Assembly: GCA_016292445.1 (NCBI GenBank) | Contig: JAEDIN010000001.1 | Coordinates: 19,996 to 83,995 of the forward strand | DNA length: 64,000 nt | DNA from: Oscillospiraceae bacterium | GTDB taxonomy: Bacteria; Bacillota; Clostridia; Oscillospirales; Oscillospiraceae | Direction of reading: 5' to 3' | Part shown: positions 28,828 through 38,603 of the stretch, one piece after another | Layout: each line of letters starts with the position of its first letter | Position numbering within the stretch: the stretch's first letter is position 1 | Notes under the pieces: generated by a model | Told to the model about the DNA's origin: nothing | Databases searched by the model: none | The model's input: the letters and a program-made list of their open reading frames with translations, nothing else | Program-made: the position numbers and the translations under genes

Positions 28828-30668
28828 TTTACACCTCTAACAAGCATGACCGCTTTTTTGTAAAGGCTGCCCGGGTCAAGACAACAATCCTTATACAACT
28901 CGCTGACGCTTCCGTGCGTCACTATTCCGTCGCCAAGGCTGCAAATCATGCTGCCCTCAAGGGATACGCCCGCTTCTTCTGCTATCGTCAAAATTTCGTT
29001 GCCTATACACCCGTGCTCGCACACATCCTCAGCAGTCAGGAGCCGTTTTGTTTTGTTCAGTGATGTGATAATATCATCCGTAATTAACGGTTTTATCTGT
29101 GAAATCTTGATGACCTCTGCCGATATTCCGTCCTTAGCAAGCCAATCGGACAGCTCAAGCATTGTATTTATCATTGTTCCGTATGCTGCAAGGGTTATGT
29201 CGCTGCCGTTAGCAAGAGTCTCTGTATTTCCGCAGCTTACAGCCTTATATGTTCCCTCGCCGCCTCGTGGATATCTGATAGCTACCGGCCCGTCCATTTC
29301 GTTTATGGCAGTATCGAGCATTTGCTCAAGTTCGGCAAAGCTTGAAGGGCACAAGATAGTCATTCCGGGAACGGAGCCCAGGTAGTCCACATCGAATACC
29401 CCGTGATGAGTTTCGCCGTCGCTGCCGACAAGGCCTGCCCTGTCAACGCAGAAAACGATATGAAGATTAAGAAGTGATACATCGTGAATCAGCATATCAT
29501 ACGCTCGCTGCAAGAAGCTTGAATATATAGCGACAACAGGTACAAGCCCTTGCTTTGCCATGCCCGCCGCCATTGAAACGGCGTGCTGTTCGGCAATGCC
29601 TACATCAAAAAAGCGTTCCGGATATTTCTCGGAAAAATCGTTTAAGCCAGTTCCTGATGACATTGCAGCGGTTATGGCTACTATATTTTTGTTCTTCTGT
29701 GAAAGCTCGACAAGCTTTTTGCCAAACACGGCAGAGAAACTGGTACCGCTTTTTTGAAGCTCGCCTGTAACCGGATTGAATTTGCCTACACCGTGATACT
29801 TATCAGGATGCTTTTCGGCATACTCGCAGCCTTTACCCTTGGTGCTTATGACATGGACGAGTACCGTGGTCCTCATTTCTTTTGCCCATCGAATAACCGT
29901 CTCCAGCTGTTCAACATCGTGGCCATCAACGGGTCCAAGATAATAAATGCCCATTGAATCAAAGAGATTTGAGGGCAGAATGGATTTTTTTAGGGCTTCC
30001 TTGAGCTTATGATTCATTTCATAAACAGGTGTTATCTGTCCGACTGTGCGACGATACCAGCGTTTAAAGTTGATATACCCGGGCTTTATACGCTCTCTTG
30101 ATAAAAGCTTTGCCATTCCGCCTACATTACTGTTTATCGACATACCGTTGTCGTTAAGAATAATGACAATCGGCTCGTCGCAGCCGCCGACATTTGCAAG
30201 TCCTTCATACGCTAAGCCGCCGGTTAGTGCACCGTCACCGATGACGGCAACAACATCGTAGTTTTCATGTTTTAATGTCCTTGCTCTTGCCATTCCGAGG
30301 GCGACTGAAACGGAATCTGAGGCGTGGCCTGCAATGAACGAATCATCAACCGCCTCGTAAGGCTTGGGAAAACCCGAAATACCACCATGGCAACGCAAGG
30401 TGTTGAAGCAATCCCTGCGGCCGGTTATTATCTTGTGCGCATAGCTTTGATGCCCGACATCAAAAACAATTCTATCCCTTGAGCTGTCATATACCCTATG
30501 AAGTGCAACAGTTAGTTCAACCGCTCCGAGGTTTGACGCAAGATGTCCGCCGGTCTTTGAGACATTCTCTATAATAAACTGTCTCAACTCGTTACACAGC
30601 GGCTTTAAATCACTGGTATCAAGCATTTTTATATCATTTGAAGAATTTATTTTATTCAGAATATTCAA
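28824..30668 (-). CDS. dxs: 1-deoxy-D-xylulose-5-phosphate synthase
   Basis: GGHLASNLG, GHQSYAHKIITGR, and the TPP motif GDGALTGG...NDN. TTG start 8 nt after a GAGG; the N-terminus ILNKINSSNDIKMLDTSDLKPL matches the family start. Confidence 0.95.
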   Translation of the reverse strand: MNILNKINSSNDIKMLDTSDLKPLCNELRQFIIENVSKTGGHLASNLGAVELTVALHRVYDSSRDRIVFDVGHQSYAHKIITGRRDCFNTLRCHGGISGFPKPYEAVDDSFIAGHASDSVSVALGMARARTLKHENYDVVAVIGDGALTGGLAYEGLANVGGCDEPIVIILNDNGMSINSNVGGMAKLLSRERIKPGYINFKRWYRRTVGQITPVYEMNHKLKEALKKSILPSNLFDSMGIYYLGPVDGHDVEQLETVIRWAKEMRTTVLVHVISTKGKGCEYAEKHPDKYHGVGKFNPVTGELQKSGTSFSAVFGKKLVELSQKNKNIVAITAAMSSGTGLNDFSEKYPERFFDVGIAEQHAVSMAAGMAKQGLVPVVAIYSSFLQRAYDMLIHDVSLLNLHIVFCVDRAGLVGSDGETHHGVFDVDYLGSVPGMTILCPSSFAELEQMLDTAINEMDGPVAIRYPRGGEGTYKAVSCGNTETLANGSDITLAAYGTMINTMLELSDWLAKDGISAEVIKISQIKPLITDDIITSLNKTKRLLTAEDVCEHGCIGNEILTIAEEAGVSLEGSMICSLGDGIVTHGSVSELYKDCCLDPGSLYKKAVMLVRGVK

Positions 30669-30725
30669 AATAATGCCTCGATAAATATCTATTTATTCGC
30701 ATAAAATGCTATTTTATATAATAAC

Positions 30726-30766
30726 AAACCACACCGAATATTACAATAGATAATCGGTGTGGTTTT
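30726..30766 (-). terminator. Terminator/attenuating hairpin between ispA and dxs
   Basis: 11-bp stem AACCACACCGA / TCGGTGTGGTT with a 15-nt loop, followed by a U-rich stretch on the minus strand. Confidence 0.6.
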
Positions 30767-30781
30767 AAATTTTGTTTACAA

Positions 30782-31648
30782 CTAATTTAATCTGGTGACC
30801 ATTGAATCGGCGAGCTCGCAAAGTAATTCTGTATCGTCAAACGCAGTGGTAAGCACTTTTTTTGCGTTCTGCGTCAGTGTTTGAATCATTTCCATGCAGC
30901 GTTCCGGACCAAGGAGTGCCATATAGGTATTCTTATTCTCCTCGGCATCGGAGCCTATTGGCTTGCCGAGCTGCTCACTTGTACTGATAACATCCAGCAT
31001 ATCGTCCCTTATCTGGAAGGCCGCGCCAATTGCCGCCCCGAACATTCCGGCTGCTTCAAGCTGCTTATCGTTACCGCCTGCCGCAGCAACACCCATCATA
31101 CACGCTGCAGTAAGCAATGCGCCGGTTTTTCGGCTGTTGATCTCGTCAAGCTCTTTTTCGCTCAGTATTTTATTTTCACCTATCATGTCCAGATATTGCC
31201 CACCGCACATACCGTCTGCGCCGACAGCATCGGCAAGTATGCGAGCGCAGTCTGCTCTCGCGGCGGCAGGTAATTCGCTGCGAAGTATAGTTCCAAAAGC
31301 CTCAGCCTGAAGCGCGTCACCTGCAAGAACCGCCGTACATTCACCGTAAACAACATGATTTGTAGGTTTTCCGCGGCGAAGATCATCATTGTCCATGCAC
31401 GGCAGGTCATCGTGGATAAGGCTGTAAGTGTGAAGCATCTCAATTGCGCAGGCTGCCGGAAGTGCCTTATCGATGTCTCCTCCGGCAATTGCGCAAAACT
31501 CAAGCACAAGTATCGGTCTGATACGCTTACCGCCGGCGTTGAGGCTGTAGCGCATTGAATCGAACAGCCCCTTTTGCGGCATATCGTCCGCTTTAAAGTA
31601 TTCGGAAAGCTTTGCGTCGATAAGGTTTTTGTATTCGCTTAATGTCAT
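30782..31648 (-). CDS. ispA: Farnesyl diphosphate (polyprenyl) synthase
   Basis: First Asp-rich motif HDDLPCMDNDDLRRG and second motif QIRDDMLD. Start placed at MTLSEYKN, directly after the xseB stop. Confidence 0.9.
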   Translation of the reverse strand: MTLSEYKNLIDAKLSEYFKADDMPQKGLFDSMRYSLNAGGKRIRPILVLEFCAIAGGDIDKALPAACAIEMLHTYSLIHDDLPCMDNDDLRRGKPTNHVVYGECTAVLAGDALQAEAFGTILRSELPAAARADCARILADAVGADGMCGGQYLDMIGENKILSEKELDEINSRKTGALLTAACMMGVAAAGGNDKQLEAAGMFGAAIGAAFQIRDDMLDVISTSEQLGKPIGSDAEENKNTYMALLGPERCMEMIQTLTQNAKKVLTTAFDDTELLCELADSMVTRLN

Positions 31649-31649
31649 A

Positions 31650-31883
31650 TCACTCTTTATCCTCAAACGGAAGCTCGACAGGCTCACCGTCAGGGCCTTT
31701 CTTCAGTTTTACAACCATCTGCTCAGCCTCGTTCAGCATAGCATCACAGTCTGTTATAAGGACTGTTCCCTCTTCAAAAAGCTTCAGCGAATCGCTTAGC
31801 GGAGCATCGCCCTTTTCAAGTGATCTGACTATTTCGTCAAGTCTTGTTATTGCCTGCTCAAAGCTCAGTTTCCTCTCATTCAT
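31650..31883 (-). CDS. xseB: Exodeoxyribonuclease VII small subunit
   Basis: LSFEQAITRLDEIVRSLEKGD.PL..SL.LFEEG pattern. The ATG is preceded by a GAGG. Confidence 0.9.
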   Translation of the reverse strand: MNERKLSFEQAITRLDEIVRSLEKGDAPLSDSLKLFEEGTVLITDCDAMLNEAEQMVVKLKKGPDGEPVELPFEDKE

Positions 31884-33090
31884 GTTTAATTGCCTCACTT
31901 TCCTCTACGCGGCATTTGATAATACCGTCATTGACGCAAAGCCTTAGCTTGTCGTCCGGTTTTACATCGTCTATGCTTCGTACAAGCTCTCCCCTGATGT
32001 CTGCAGCAATGGCATAGCCCCTTCCAAGGACTTTTAATGGGCTCATAGCGTCAAGAGAAGCCGCAAGCCTTACAAAATCTCGCCGTTTTTCGGAATTTGA
32101 CCTATCAGCGGCGGCGATAAATTTGTCTTTCACATAATCAAGCTCCGCACGCTTACTGTCAACATACGCCATAGGCGTCTGAAGCACTCTGCGCTTTTTG
32201 AGCTCCTCAAGCTTTGACGAAATTGTCATCAATTTTTTGCGCACCGCCTGCGACTGACGGATACCCAGGTTTTCAAGCAGCTCTCTCATATCCGCCGCAT
32301 TGGGAACGGCGACCTCTGCCGCATTTGACGGAGTTGATGCTCTTACATCGGCAACATAGTCGGATATGGTCACATCGGGCTCATGACCAACCGCAGATAT
32401 AACCGGAAGCTCTGAGTCATATATTGCCCTTGCTACCCGTTCATCGTTAAAGGCCCACAGGTCCTCAATTGAACCTCCGCCTCTGCCCGTAATTATGATT
32501 TCGGCAATCTTGTGTTTGTTTGCATATCTGATTGCCCCTACTATCTCCGGCGGTGCTTCAACACCCTGTACCCTAACAGGAAGCAGAATCACCTTAGTCA
32601 TCGGCCAGCGTTTGCCGAGTATTCTTATCATATCATGCACGGCAGCGCCGGCGGAAGACGTGATAATGGCTATCTTTTTCGGAAACGGCGGAAGCTGCTT
32701 TTTATGTTCAGGGTCAAAAAGCCCCTCTGAAGCAAGCTTCGCTTTAAGCTGCTCAAATGCTATCTGGAGGTCGCCCGTTCCCTCGGGTATCAGATCTGTG
32801 CAATAAAGCTGATACGCACCATCGCGCGGAAATACCGACACACGACCAAAAGCAGTGACACCCATACCGCTTTCCGGACGAAAGCGCAGCTTTGATGCAC
32901 TGCTTTTGAACATTACGCACCTTAAACTGCTTTCCGAATCCTTAAGTGTAAAGTAGTGATGCCCCGAGGGATATATCTTGTAATTGGACAGCTCTCCCCG
33001 GACGCATACTTTATTAAGCATAGGCTCGCAGTCTATAAGTGTCTTTATTAGATTATTAAGCTCCGATACAGTCAGAGTATTTTCATTCAT
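31876..33090 (-). CDS. xseA: Exodeoxyribonuclease VII large subunit
   Basis: N-terminal OB fold (VRGELSN....SGHHYFTLKD), GRGGGS motif, and an adjacent xseB. Confidence 0.95.
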   Translation of the reverse strand: MNENTLTVSELNNLIKTLIDCEPMLNKVCVRGELSNYKIYPSGHHYFTLKDSESSLRCVMFKSSASKLRFRPESGMGVTAFGRVSVFPRDGAYQLYCTDLIPEGTGDLQIAFEQLKAKLASEGLFDPEHKKQLPPFPKKIAIITSSAGAAVHDMIRILGKRWPMTKVILLPVRVQGVEAPPEIVGAIRYANKHKIAEIIITGRGGGSIEDLWAFNDERVARAIYDSELPVISAVGHEPDVTISDYVADVRASTPSNAAEVAVPNAADMRELLENLGIRQSQAVRKKLMTISSKLEELKKRRVLQTPMAYVDSKRAELDYVKDKFIAAADRSNSEKRRDFVRLAASLDAMSPLKVLGRGYAIAADIRGELVRSIDDVKPDDKLRLCVNDGIIKCRVEESEAIKHE

Positions 33091-33566
33091 TCTTTTGTCT
33101 CCGCTTCAACGGCAGCTTCATAATTCAGCTCACCGCGCATAAAGCCGCCGAGAACTCCGTTAATGAAGGAGACCGTTTCAGGTTCATCATATCCCTTTGC
33201 AAGCTCAATTGCCTCATTTATGGCGGTCGCATTGGGGATATCATCCATATACAGTACCTCGCATATCGCGCAGCGCATAACGGCAACAGCCGTCTTGGAA
33301 ATTCTGCCGATTTTCCAGCCGTTAGAATACTTGTTGATATAATTATCTATCTGTATTCTGTAATCCTCGACAAGACTTGCAAGTCGGATTATATAATCCT
33401 TCTGCTTCTTCTCGGGGTATTCGGCGTACAGTTCGTCCACATCGGCAAGTGTTGAAAAGTATTCCTTATCAAAAAAATCGTCAACGATATCAGCAACGGT
33501 CTTCCCGCTTGCTGCTGCATAAAAACCAAGCTGTACTGCGATCTCTCTTGCAGTAGTTCTCTTCAT
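33087..33566 (-). CDS. nusB: Transcription antitermination factor NusB
   Basis: R..AR..A.Q.L...; the size and its position upstream of xseA match Bacillus. Confidence 0.85.
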   Translation of the reverse strand: MKRTTAREIAVQLGFYAAASGKTVADIVDDFFDKEYFSTLADVDELYAEYPEKKQKDYIIRLASLVEDYRIQIDNYINKYSNGWKIGRISKTAVAVMRCAICEVLYMDDIPNATAINEAIELAKGYDEPETVSFINGVLGGFMRGELNYEAAVEAETKE

Positions 33567-33584
33567 GCTACAACCCTCACAGAA

Positions 33585-33947
33585 TCACTTTTCAAAAGCT
33601 ACACCGGAGACATGGACATTGACCTCCGCCTTGTCGATGCCGGTGATTGCCTGAACAGCCTCGGTAACGGAATTCTGCACTTCCTTAGCTACATTGACTA
33701 TGTTGCAGCCGTAGCGGACAAGGATTATTGCATCGACTTTAATCGTATCATCTACTATCTGGACCTTGATTCCCTTGGAAACGGTCTTTATTCCAATAAG
33801 CTCGGCAAGCTCCGCACCTGCGGTGTTGGAAATACCGGCAACTCCGTCTATCTCGGTTATAGCCGTGCGCACCATTGTGGATATTACTTCCTCGGAAATA
33901 TTGATACTTCCGTTTTCTGCCTTGCAGCTTATATAATTATCGCCCAT
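33585..33947 (-). CDS. Asp23/Gls24-family envelope stress (alkaline shock) protein
   Basis: G.I.ISEEVI..MV..A..EIDGV pattern. The ATG follows GGAGGCAATAAAA. Its position equals B. subtilis yqhY, downstream of spoIIIAH. Confidence 0.85.
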   Translation of the reverse strand: MGDNYISCKAENGSINISEEVISTMVRTAITEIDGVAGISNTAGAELAELIGIKTVSKGIKVQIVDDTIKVDAIILVRYGCNIVNVAKEVQNSVTEAVQAITGIDKAEVNVHVSGVAFEK

Positions 33948-34009
33948 TTTTATTGCCTCCAAATTGATTTCATGACATTGTACCACATCGGTGGCAAAAA
34001 ATAAAGCAT

Positions 34010-34035
34010 AAAAAGACGGGAAAACCCGTCTTTTT
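34010..34035 (-). terminator. Rho-independent terminator after spoIIIAH
   Basis: Minus-strand RNA reads AAAAAGACGGG-UUUU-CCCGUCUUUUU. Confidence 0.85.
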
Positions 34036-34576
34036 ATGCTGATATTTCGATTATATTGAGCTGCGCTGCTTTATAATCCGTTTCGGATGTGACCGTTTCG
34101 GTTATTCTCGCCACTGCTGCCTCGCTCAAGCCGTCAGCAGGAGCAGGAACTGCAACCGTAATTTTGTCTTCACTCATGTACACAACGCAGTCGGTGAAAT
34201 CCTTTGCAATGAGTTTGTTCTCAAGCTGGGTTTCGCTCATTGAATAATTTGCCATTGCCGATATCGACTTCATTGCCGAATCTATCGTTTCCTGAGAAGC
34301 ACCTTCCTTTTTAACAGCCTCCTCAAGCAGCTTCATTGCTTCCTCTCTTGACACCTGACGGTTTAATCTTGCTTCGGCAAAGTATCCGGAGGAGCTTCCT
34401 TTTGTGTTTGATGCTTTGTATGCCTCGTCTGCCGCCTTCATTGCCGCATCCTCGGCTTTAACCATTGCAGAGTCTGCCTCACCCCACTTATTGTTATATG
34501 ACCAGTTAAGATATACTGCCGCGCAAACAAGCAGCAGCACAGATGCTATCGTAATGTTTCTTTTGATGTTTTTCAT
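34034..34576 (-). CDS. spoIIIAH: Stage III sporulation protein AH
   Basis: N-terminal TM, FAEARL.R...R, and C-terminal KDF.D.VV......I.V.V. It is the last gene of the spoIIIA cluster. Confidence 0.8.
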   Translation of the reverse strand: MKNIKRNITIASVLLLVCAAVYLNWSYNNKWGEADSAMVKAEDAAMKAADEAYKASNTKGSSSGYFAEARLNRQVSREEAMKLLEEAVKKEGASQETIDSAMKSISAMANYSMSETQLENKLIAKDFTDCVVYMSEDKITVAVPAPADGLSEAAVARITETVTSETDYKAAQLNIIEISA

Positions 34577-34585
34577 TTTGCCCTC

Positions 34586-34945
34586 CTATTTTTGCCTCGT
34601 TAATAATACCTGTATCTCATCGCAGCCTAAACCGGTATAAGCTTCAACACATTTTACAACCCTTAGCTTAACCTCGGGATCTGCTGCGCCATCGCATACA
34701 ACAACTGCGCCGTGCTCAGATATTAAAACATATGCGTTTCCTACGCCTTTACTGCTTTCCAAAACCGCTGATAGTCGCTGTTCATCGTCGTTTTCTCCGC
34801 CGTTCGTCGAGTTTTTTGTGCTGCCGCTCGGAAACGAGAGCAGCAAAAGCCCCACAATTAGGACGATAAGCGGGTATTTATACTTTGCCATAAATTCAAG
34901 TATTTTTTTGCTATTCATTAGTTTTATACCACTCTTGATTTTCAT
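34586..34945 (-). CDS. spoIIIAG: Stage III sporulation protein AG (short form)
   Basis: TM (YPLIVLIVGLLLL), then LSAVLESSKGVGNAYVLIS..GAVVVCDGAADPEVKLRVVKCVEAYTGL....IQVL. This is the SpoIIIAG ring-building motif, but without a long insertion. An alternative start is ATG 34918. Confidence 0.7.
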   Translation of the reverse strand: MKIKSGIKLMNSKKILEFMAKYKYPLIVLIVGLLLLSFPSGSTKNSTNGGENDDEQRLSAVLESSKGVGNAYVLISEHGAVVVCDGAADPEVKLRVVKCVEAYTGLGCDEIQVLLTRQK

Positions 34946-35405
34946 TACTTATTCCAAGCTCTGCTTCTATATATGCTTCAAGCTCTTTTTGTTGATTATA
35001 TGAGCAGCTATGCCTTACTTCACAGCTTACCGGATACCAAAAACCGTCGTTTGACCATTCAGCGGTCACCTTAGCCTCCTGCACCTCAGCGCCGAGATTC
35101 TCGGCTTTGTCCAATATATATGCCTGACACTGCTCTTGTATGTACAGTCTATTTAAATTTTCACTGTTGGCTTTACCGCTGTTTGCATATTCTTGCGCCA
35201 TTTTCTTGTATTCGAAAACGGTTTTGGAATAATCGCTTAAATCAATGGATTTAAGCGGCGAGATGGTTGCAATCATCATAACTGCCGCACAGGCTATGCC
35301 GACCGCTTTTTTACCGTTTCCATCGGGTGTGAGGGCAAGCGTTAAAAAGCAAAAGACCGCAGAAAAAATCAGCGTTTGAATATAGCCGTGAATTAGTGTG
35401 CTCAT
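34911..35405 (-). CDS. spoIIIAF: Stage III sporulation protein AF
   Basis: Two N-terminal TM helices plus a soluble domain; assignment rests largely on position in the operon. The start overlaps the spoIIIAE stop (TAATG). Confidence 0.7.
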   Translation of the reverse strand: MSTLIHGYIQTLIFSAVFCFLTLALTPDGNGKKAVGIACAAVMMIATISPLKSIDLSDYSKTVFEYKKMAQEYANSGKANSENLNRLYIQEQCQAYILDKAENLGAEVQEAKVTAEWSNDGFWYPVSCEVRHSCSYNQQKELEAYIEAELGISNENQEWYKTNE

Positions 35406-36469
35406 TAACCCACCACCGCTCTCATACATGAAATCAGCGATATAAACATCATTACACCGCAGCAGCCGATAAGTCCCAGCAGCATTCCGAAGGCACCGCC
35501 TACACTTTGCGTAAGCGAAGATATCTGCGGTAGCTTCAAAGCCGATGTACAGGCTGACGCTGCCTTGAATGCAAGGTAGTTCAGGCCTATAATAATTAAC
35601 GGAGAAATGCAGAACGAGAGTACGGCTATCATTCCGAATGCCCCCAAGGTGTTTTTTACAATTTCCGCGCCGGCAACAACGCTTGATGCGGCATCCGAAA
35701 TAATTCCGCCCACCACCGGAAGCGTAGCTGAAATAGTTGTTTTTGCAATTTTTGACGCAAGCTTATCGCCGCCGGAGGCGATAGCGGAGCTGACGCTGAT
35801 ATATGCCGTAAAACCGAGTGATAACAATGTCATAAGGCTTGTACTTACCCATTTAAAAAGTTTTGCCACCGATGCAAGAATTGCGTTATCAAAAGCCGCC
35901 GATGCAATGCTCACCGCCAGAAACGCATAAACAAACGGTATTATAAGATTTTGAGCCACGGATATAAATACATCCATAAACAGTGCAGATGCAGCATATC
36001 TCACCGCTGCAGAGCTGACCTCTCCGCAGGCTGCAGAGGCAGTGCACATTGCAGGCAAGAGTATTTTTGAAAATGACGAGATATCGTTTACAGTTTTTGT
36101 CCCAAGGCTTATATATGAGTTTGTATCGCTTACGCAAATTATCGTTATTGCGGCACAACCGCATAGAGAAACAAGTTCAGGTGTTTTATCATTTCCGAAC
36201 ATCCCCAAAACAGCGCATATCACCGCAACAATGATGACATTAACGGCCTTTTTCAAGATGCCCCCCATGTTCTCTTTGAGCTCTTTTACAATTGTATCCG
36301 ACAGCCTATTAAAAAATGATTCGGTATCACCTGCATCGCTAAGATTACCGGAGAGCTCTTTAACTTCTTCGGGCAAAGCATTTTCGACCGATTTTGTGTC
36401 AATACTGTCTGCATAAGAAGCAGACGATAAAAGCAGCAACGCCACAGCAAATGTTACAAGCTTCTTCAT
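35405..36469 (-). CDS. spoIIIAE: Stage III sporulation protein AE
   Basis: Signal peptide MKKLVTFAVALLLL followed by a polytopic permease-like body. Start ATG 36469 overlaps the spoIIIAD stop (ATGA); the tracked 43-aa extension is rejected. Confidence 0.85.
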   Translation of the reverse strand: MKKLVTFAVALLLLSSASYADSIDTKSVENALPEEVKELSGNLSDAGDTESFFNRLSDTIVKELKENMGGILKKAVNVIIVAVICAVLGMFGNDKTPELVSLCGCAAITIICVSDTNSYISLGTKTVNDISSFSKILLPAMCTASAACGEVSSAAVRYAASALFMDVFISVAQNLIIPFVYAFLAVSIASAAFDNAILASVAKLFKWVSTSLMTLLSLGFTAYISVSSAIASGGDKLASKIAKTTISATLPVVGGIISDAASSVVAGAEIVKNTLGAFGMIAVLSFCISPLIIIGLNYLAFKAASACTSALKLPQISSLTQSVGGAFGMLLGLIGCCGVMMFISLISCMRAVVG

Positions 36470-36852
36470 GTCAGTCCCTCCAATGTCTTCAGCAGCGTTT
36501 GAAGTAAGGGGAGTGCCGTGAATACAGCGGCCGCGCCGCCGAGATATTCGACAGCTGCAGATGTCCCACTTTGGCCTGCATCCTTGCACAGGCCGCATAT
36601 GAGCTTAGTAAGCACAGCTATTCCTACGCACTTTATAACCGGAACAAATACCGCCGCCGGTAACCCTGAGTTTTTTATTACTTCGGATATAAAATCAACG
36701 AGCGATGATATCATCCCGAACGCTGCACAGCATATACAAACGGCACATAATGCTGTCAGTGCAAAGGAATACTCGGGGTTTTTCGCCTTTATCAACAGGC
36801 TGCATGCCGCGCCAAGCAACGCTATTGCCGCCGCCTTTGCCATTATCTCCAT
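36466..36852 (-). CDS. spoIIIAD: Stage III sporulation protein AD
   Basis: 128-aa protein with four TM helices, in operon order. Confidence 0.8.
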   Translation of the reverse strand: MEIMAKAAAIALLGAACSLLIKAKNPEYSFALTALCAVCICCAAFGMISSLVDFISEVIKNSGLPAAVFVPVIKCVGIAVLTKLICGLCKDAGQSGTSAAVEYLGGAAAVFTALPLLQTLLKTLEGLT

Positions 36853-37046
36853 CAGAGCTGAAACAGGGTCTTTATAAGACCGAACAGCTCGCTGATTTTC
36901 TGCACGACTACTATCAGCACAACAACAAGCGCTGCTATTGTCGTCATAAGCGCCTGCTCATCTCTGCCGGAACGGCTAAGCAAAATGTTCAGCACTGCCA
37001 CAAGTATTCCGACCGCAGCTATTTTAAATATCAGATCAATCTCCAT
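36852..37046 (-). CDS. spoIIIAC: Stage III sporulation protein AC
   Basis: 64-aa protein with two TM helices, MEIDLIFKIAAVGILVAVLN...GRDEQA. The tracked basic N-terminal extension overlaps spoIIIAB and is rejected. Confidence 0.8.
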   Translation of the reverse strand: MEIDLIFKIAAVGILVAVLNILLSRSGRDEQALMTTIAALVVVLIVVVQKISELFGLIKTLFQL

Positions 37047-37057
37047 TTTATTCCCTC

Positions 37058-37570
37058 TCAGACCAGAATAATTGCAAAAATAAGCCCTATTCCTGTTCCC
37101 AATCCGATGTACATTTTTTCGTTGCTTTTTAGCCCTGCGTTCAGCACCTCGTATTCTCCCGTTAATTCGCTTATACATCTGTCAATAGATGCAGCCTGAA
37201 GCTCAGCATCATATTTTCCGAGGCTGCTGCCCAGATTCTTGAGAGTCTGTCTTTCGTTCTCGCTTATAAGTTTAAGCTTTTCATCAACGCTTTCGCACCA
37301 GATTTTTGCAAAGCTTTTACCGCCGAGGCAGTCAAGCTTTTCTTCAACGCAGCAAACAAATCCTCCGATACATCTATACTCCGGTAAATTTGCACAAATC
37401 AGAATTTGTCTAAGCGGTGTTCTTCTTGTGCATATCTCATTGCGCATCAGCTCCAAAAATGATACAATTTCTTTTAGTGCCCATACTGACGCTTTAATTT
37501 CCCGTGCTTTAAAAATTCCAATCAATGTAGCTGCCGCTGCAAGCATTACAGCTCCGAGAAACCTGCTCAT
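37058..37570 (-). CDS. spoIIIAB: Stage III sporulation protein AB
   Basis: N- and C-terminal TM helices with a helical GspF-like core, in operon order. ATGA overlap with spoIIIAA. Confidence 0.8.
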   Translation of the reverse strand: MSRFLGAVMLAAAATLIGIFKAREIKASVWALKEIVSFLELMRNEICTRRTPLRQILICANLPEYRCIGGFVCCVEEKLDCLGGKSFAKIWCESVDEKLKLISENERQTLKNLGSSLGKYDAELQAASIDRCISELTGEYEVLNAGLKSNEKMYIGLGTGIGLIFAIILV

Positions 37571-38448
37571 TTCAATTCCTCTATGCAATAGCTGCGCCTA
37601 CCGTTAATGTTCCTTATAAACAGGCAATATTTAAAAATTCTCATTTGCATCAGTTGACGGTACAGTTTCCTGGAGCGCAGGTCGTCAACGCTTCCTGCGT
37701 GAGCCGTGGCAAGCAGTTTCACTCCGCAGCCCGAGGCCTCATAAACCGACTGCATGTCCTCCCTGGAGCTTATCTCGTCCATGGCAAGCACATCCGGATT
37801 CATAGCTCTTATCAGCATCATTGCCGCCTTAGCCTTTGGAGCGTCGGTGATTATATCAGTATGCTTGCCGACATCAAACTGCGCAATCCCGTCGCTCACA
37901 GCAGCTATTTCTCCCCTTTCATCCGCAACTGACACCCGTTTGCCTCCGTTCGAGAGTATGCGAATAAACTCACGCAAGCAGGTTGTTTTGCCGGCACCCG
38001 GGGGTGAAGCGATGAGAATGTCCGTTAATCCGTGACACAGCATTTTTTGGAGTTCGTCCGAGGCACAGCCATGTATTTCCTTCGGTATTCTGACTGATAA
38101 TGAACTTAGGTTTCTTATTCCGCACACAGCTCCGGAGCGTATGATTGCGTTTCCGCAGATACCAAGTCGAATTCCACCTTTAACATTTATGTAACCGTTA
38201 GCCATGCTTGCTTCGACCGAATGAACGGAAGCACCCGTTGCGCATTCAAGCACACCTTCAAGCTCCGAAACGGTTATTGAGTGTTCAGGAGCAACAAATT
38301 TTTCTTTGCCGTCAACCAGAACGGTCATGGCTTGTCCGGCTCTCAGGCGTATCTCCTCAATCCTGTTTTGCTCCGCTTCCGGCAGTATCAGAAGCTCGCC
38401 GTTTAAGGCTATCGGAAGCATCGATGCTGCTCTGCTTAGTTTGTTCAT
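37567..38448 (-). CDS. spoIIIAA: Stage III sporulation protein AA (secretion-type AAA+ ATPase)
   Basis: EEIRLR.GQ, Walker A SPPGAGKTT, Walker B LAMDEI. Start placed at MNKLSRAA. Confidence 0.9.
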   Translation of the reverse strand: MNKLSRAASMLPIALNGELLILPEAEQNRIEEIRLRAGQAMTVLVDGKEKFVAPEHSITVSELEGVLECATGASVHSVEASMANGYINVKGGIRLGICGNAIIRSGAVCGIRNLSSLSVRIPKEIHGCASDELQKMLCHGLTDILIASPPGAGKTTCLREFIRILSNGGKRVSVADERGEIAAVSDGIAQFDVGKHTDIITDAPKAKAAMMLIRAMNPDVLAMDEISSREDMQSVYEASGCGVKLLATAHAGSVDDLRSRKLYRQLMQMRIFKYCLFIRNINGRRSYCIEELK

Positions 38449-38603
38449 TTTGCTCACCGTCCTATGTCTAATTACTATTATGGTAAGCAAAAAATTATTA
38501 CTTGTAAAAATTAATTTTCTTGTCACCTTTTCACTTGCTGAATTGTCTATATTATAGATAAATTTGACTCAATATTTGCTTGAGCATAAGGATATACAGA
38601 ACC

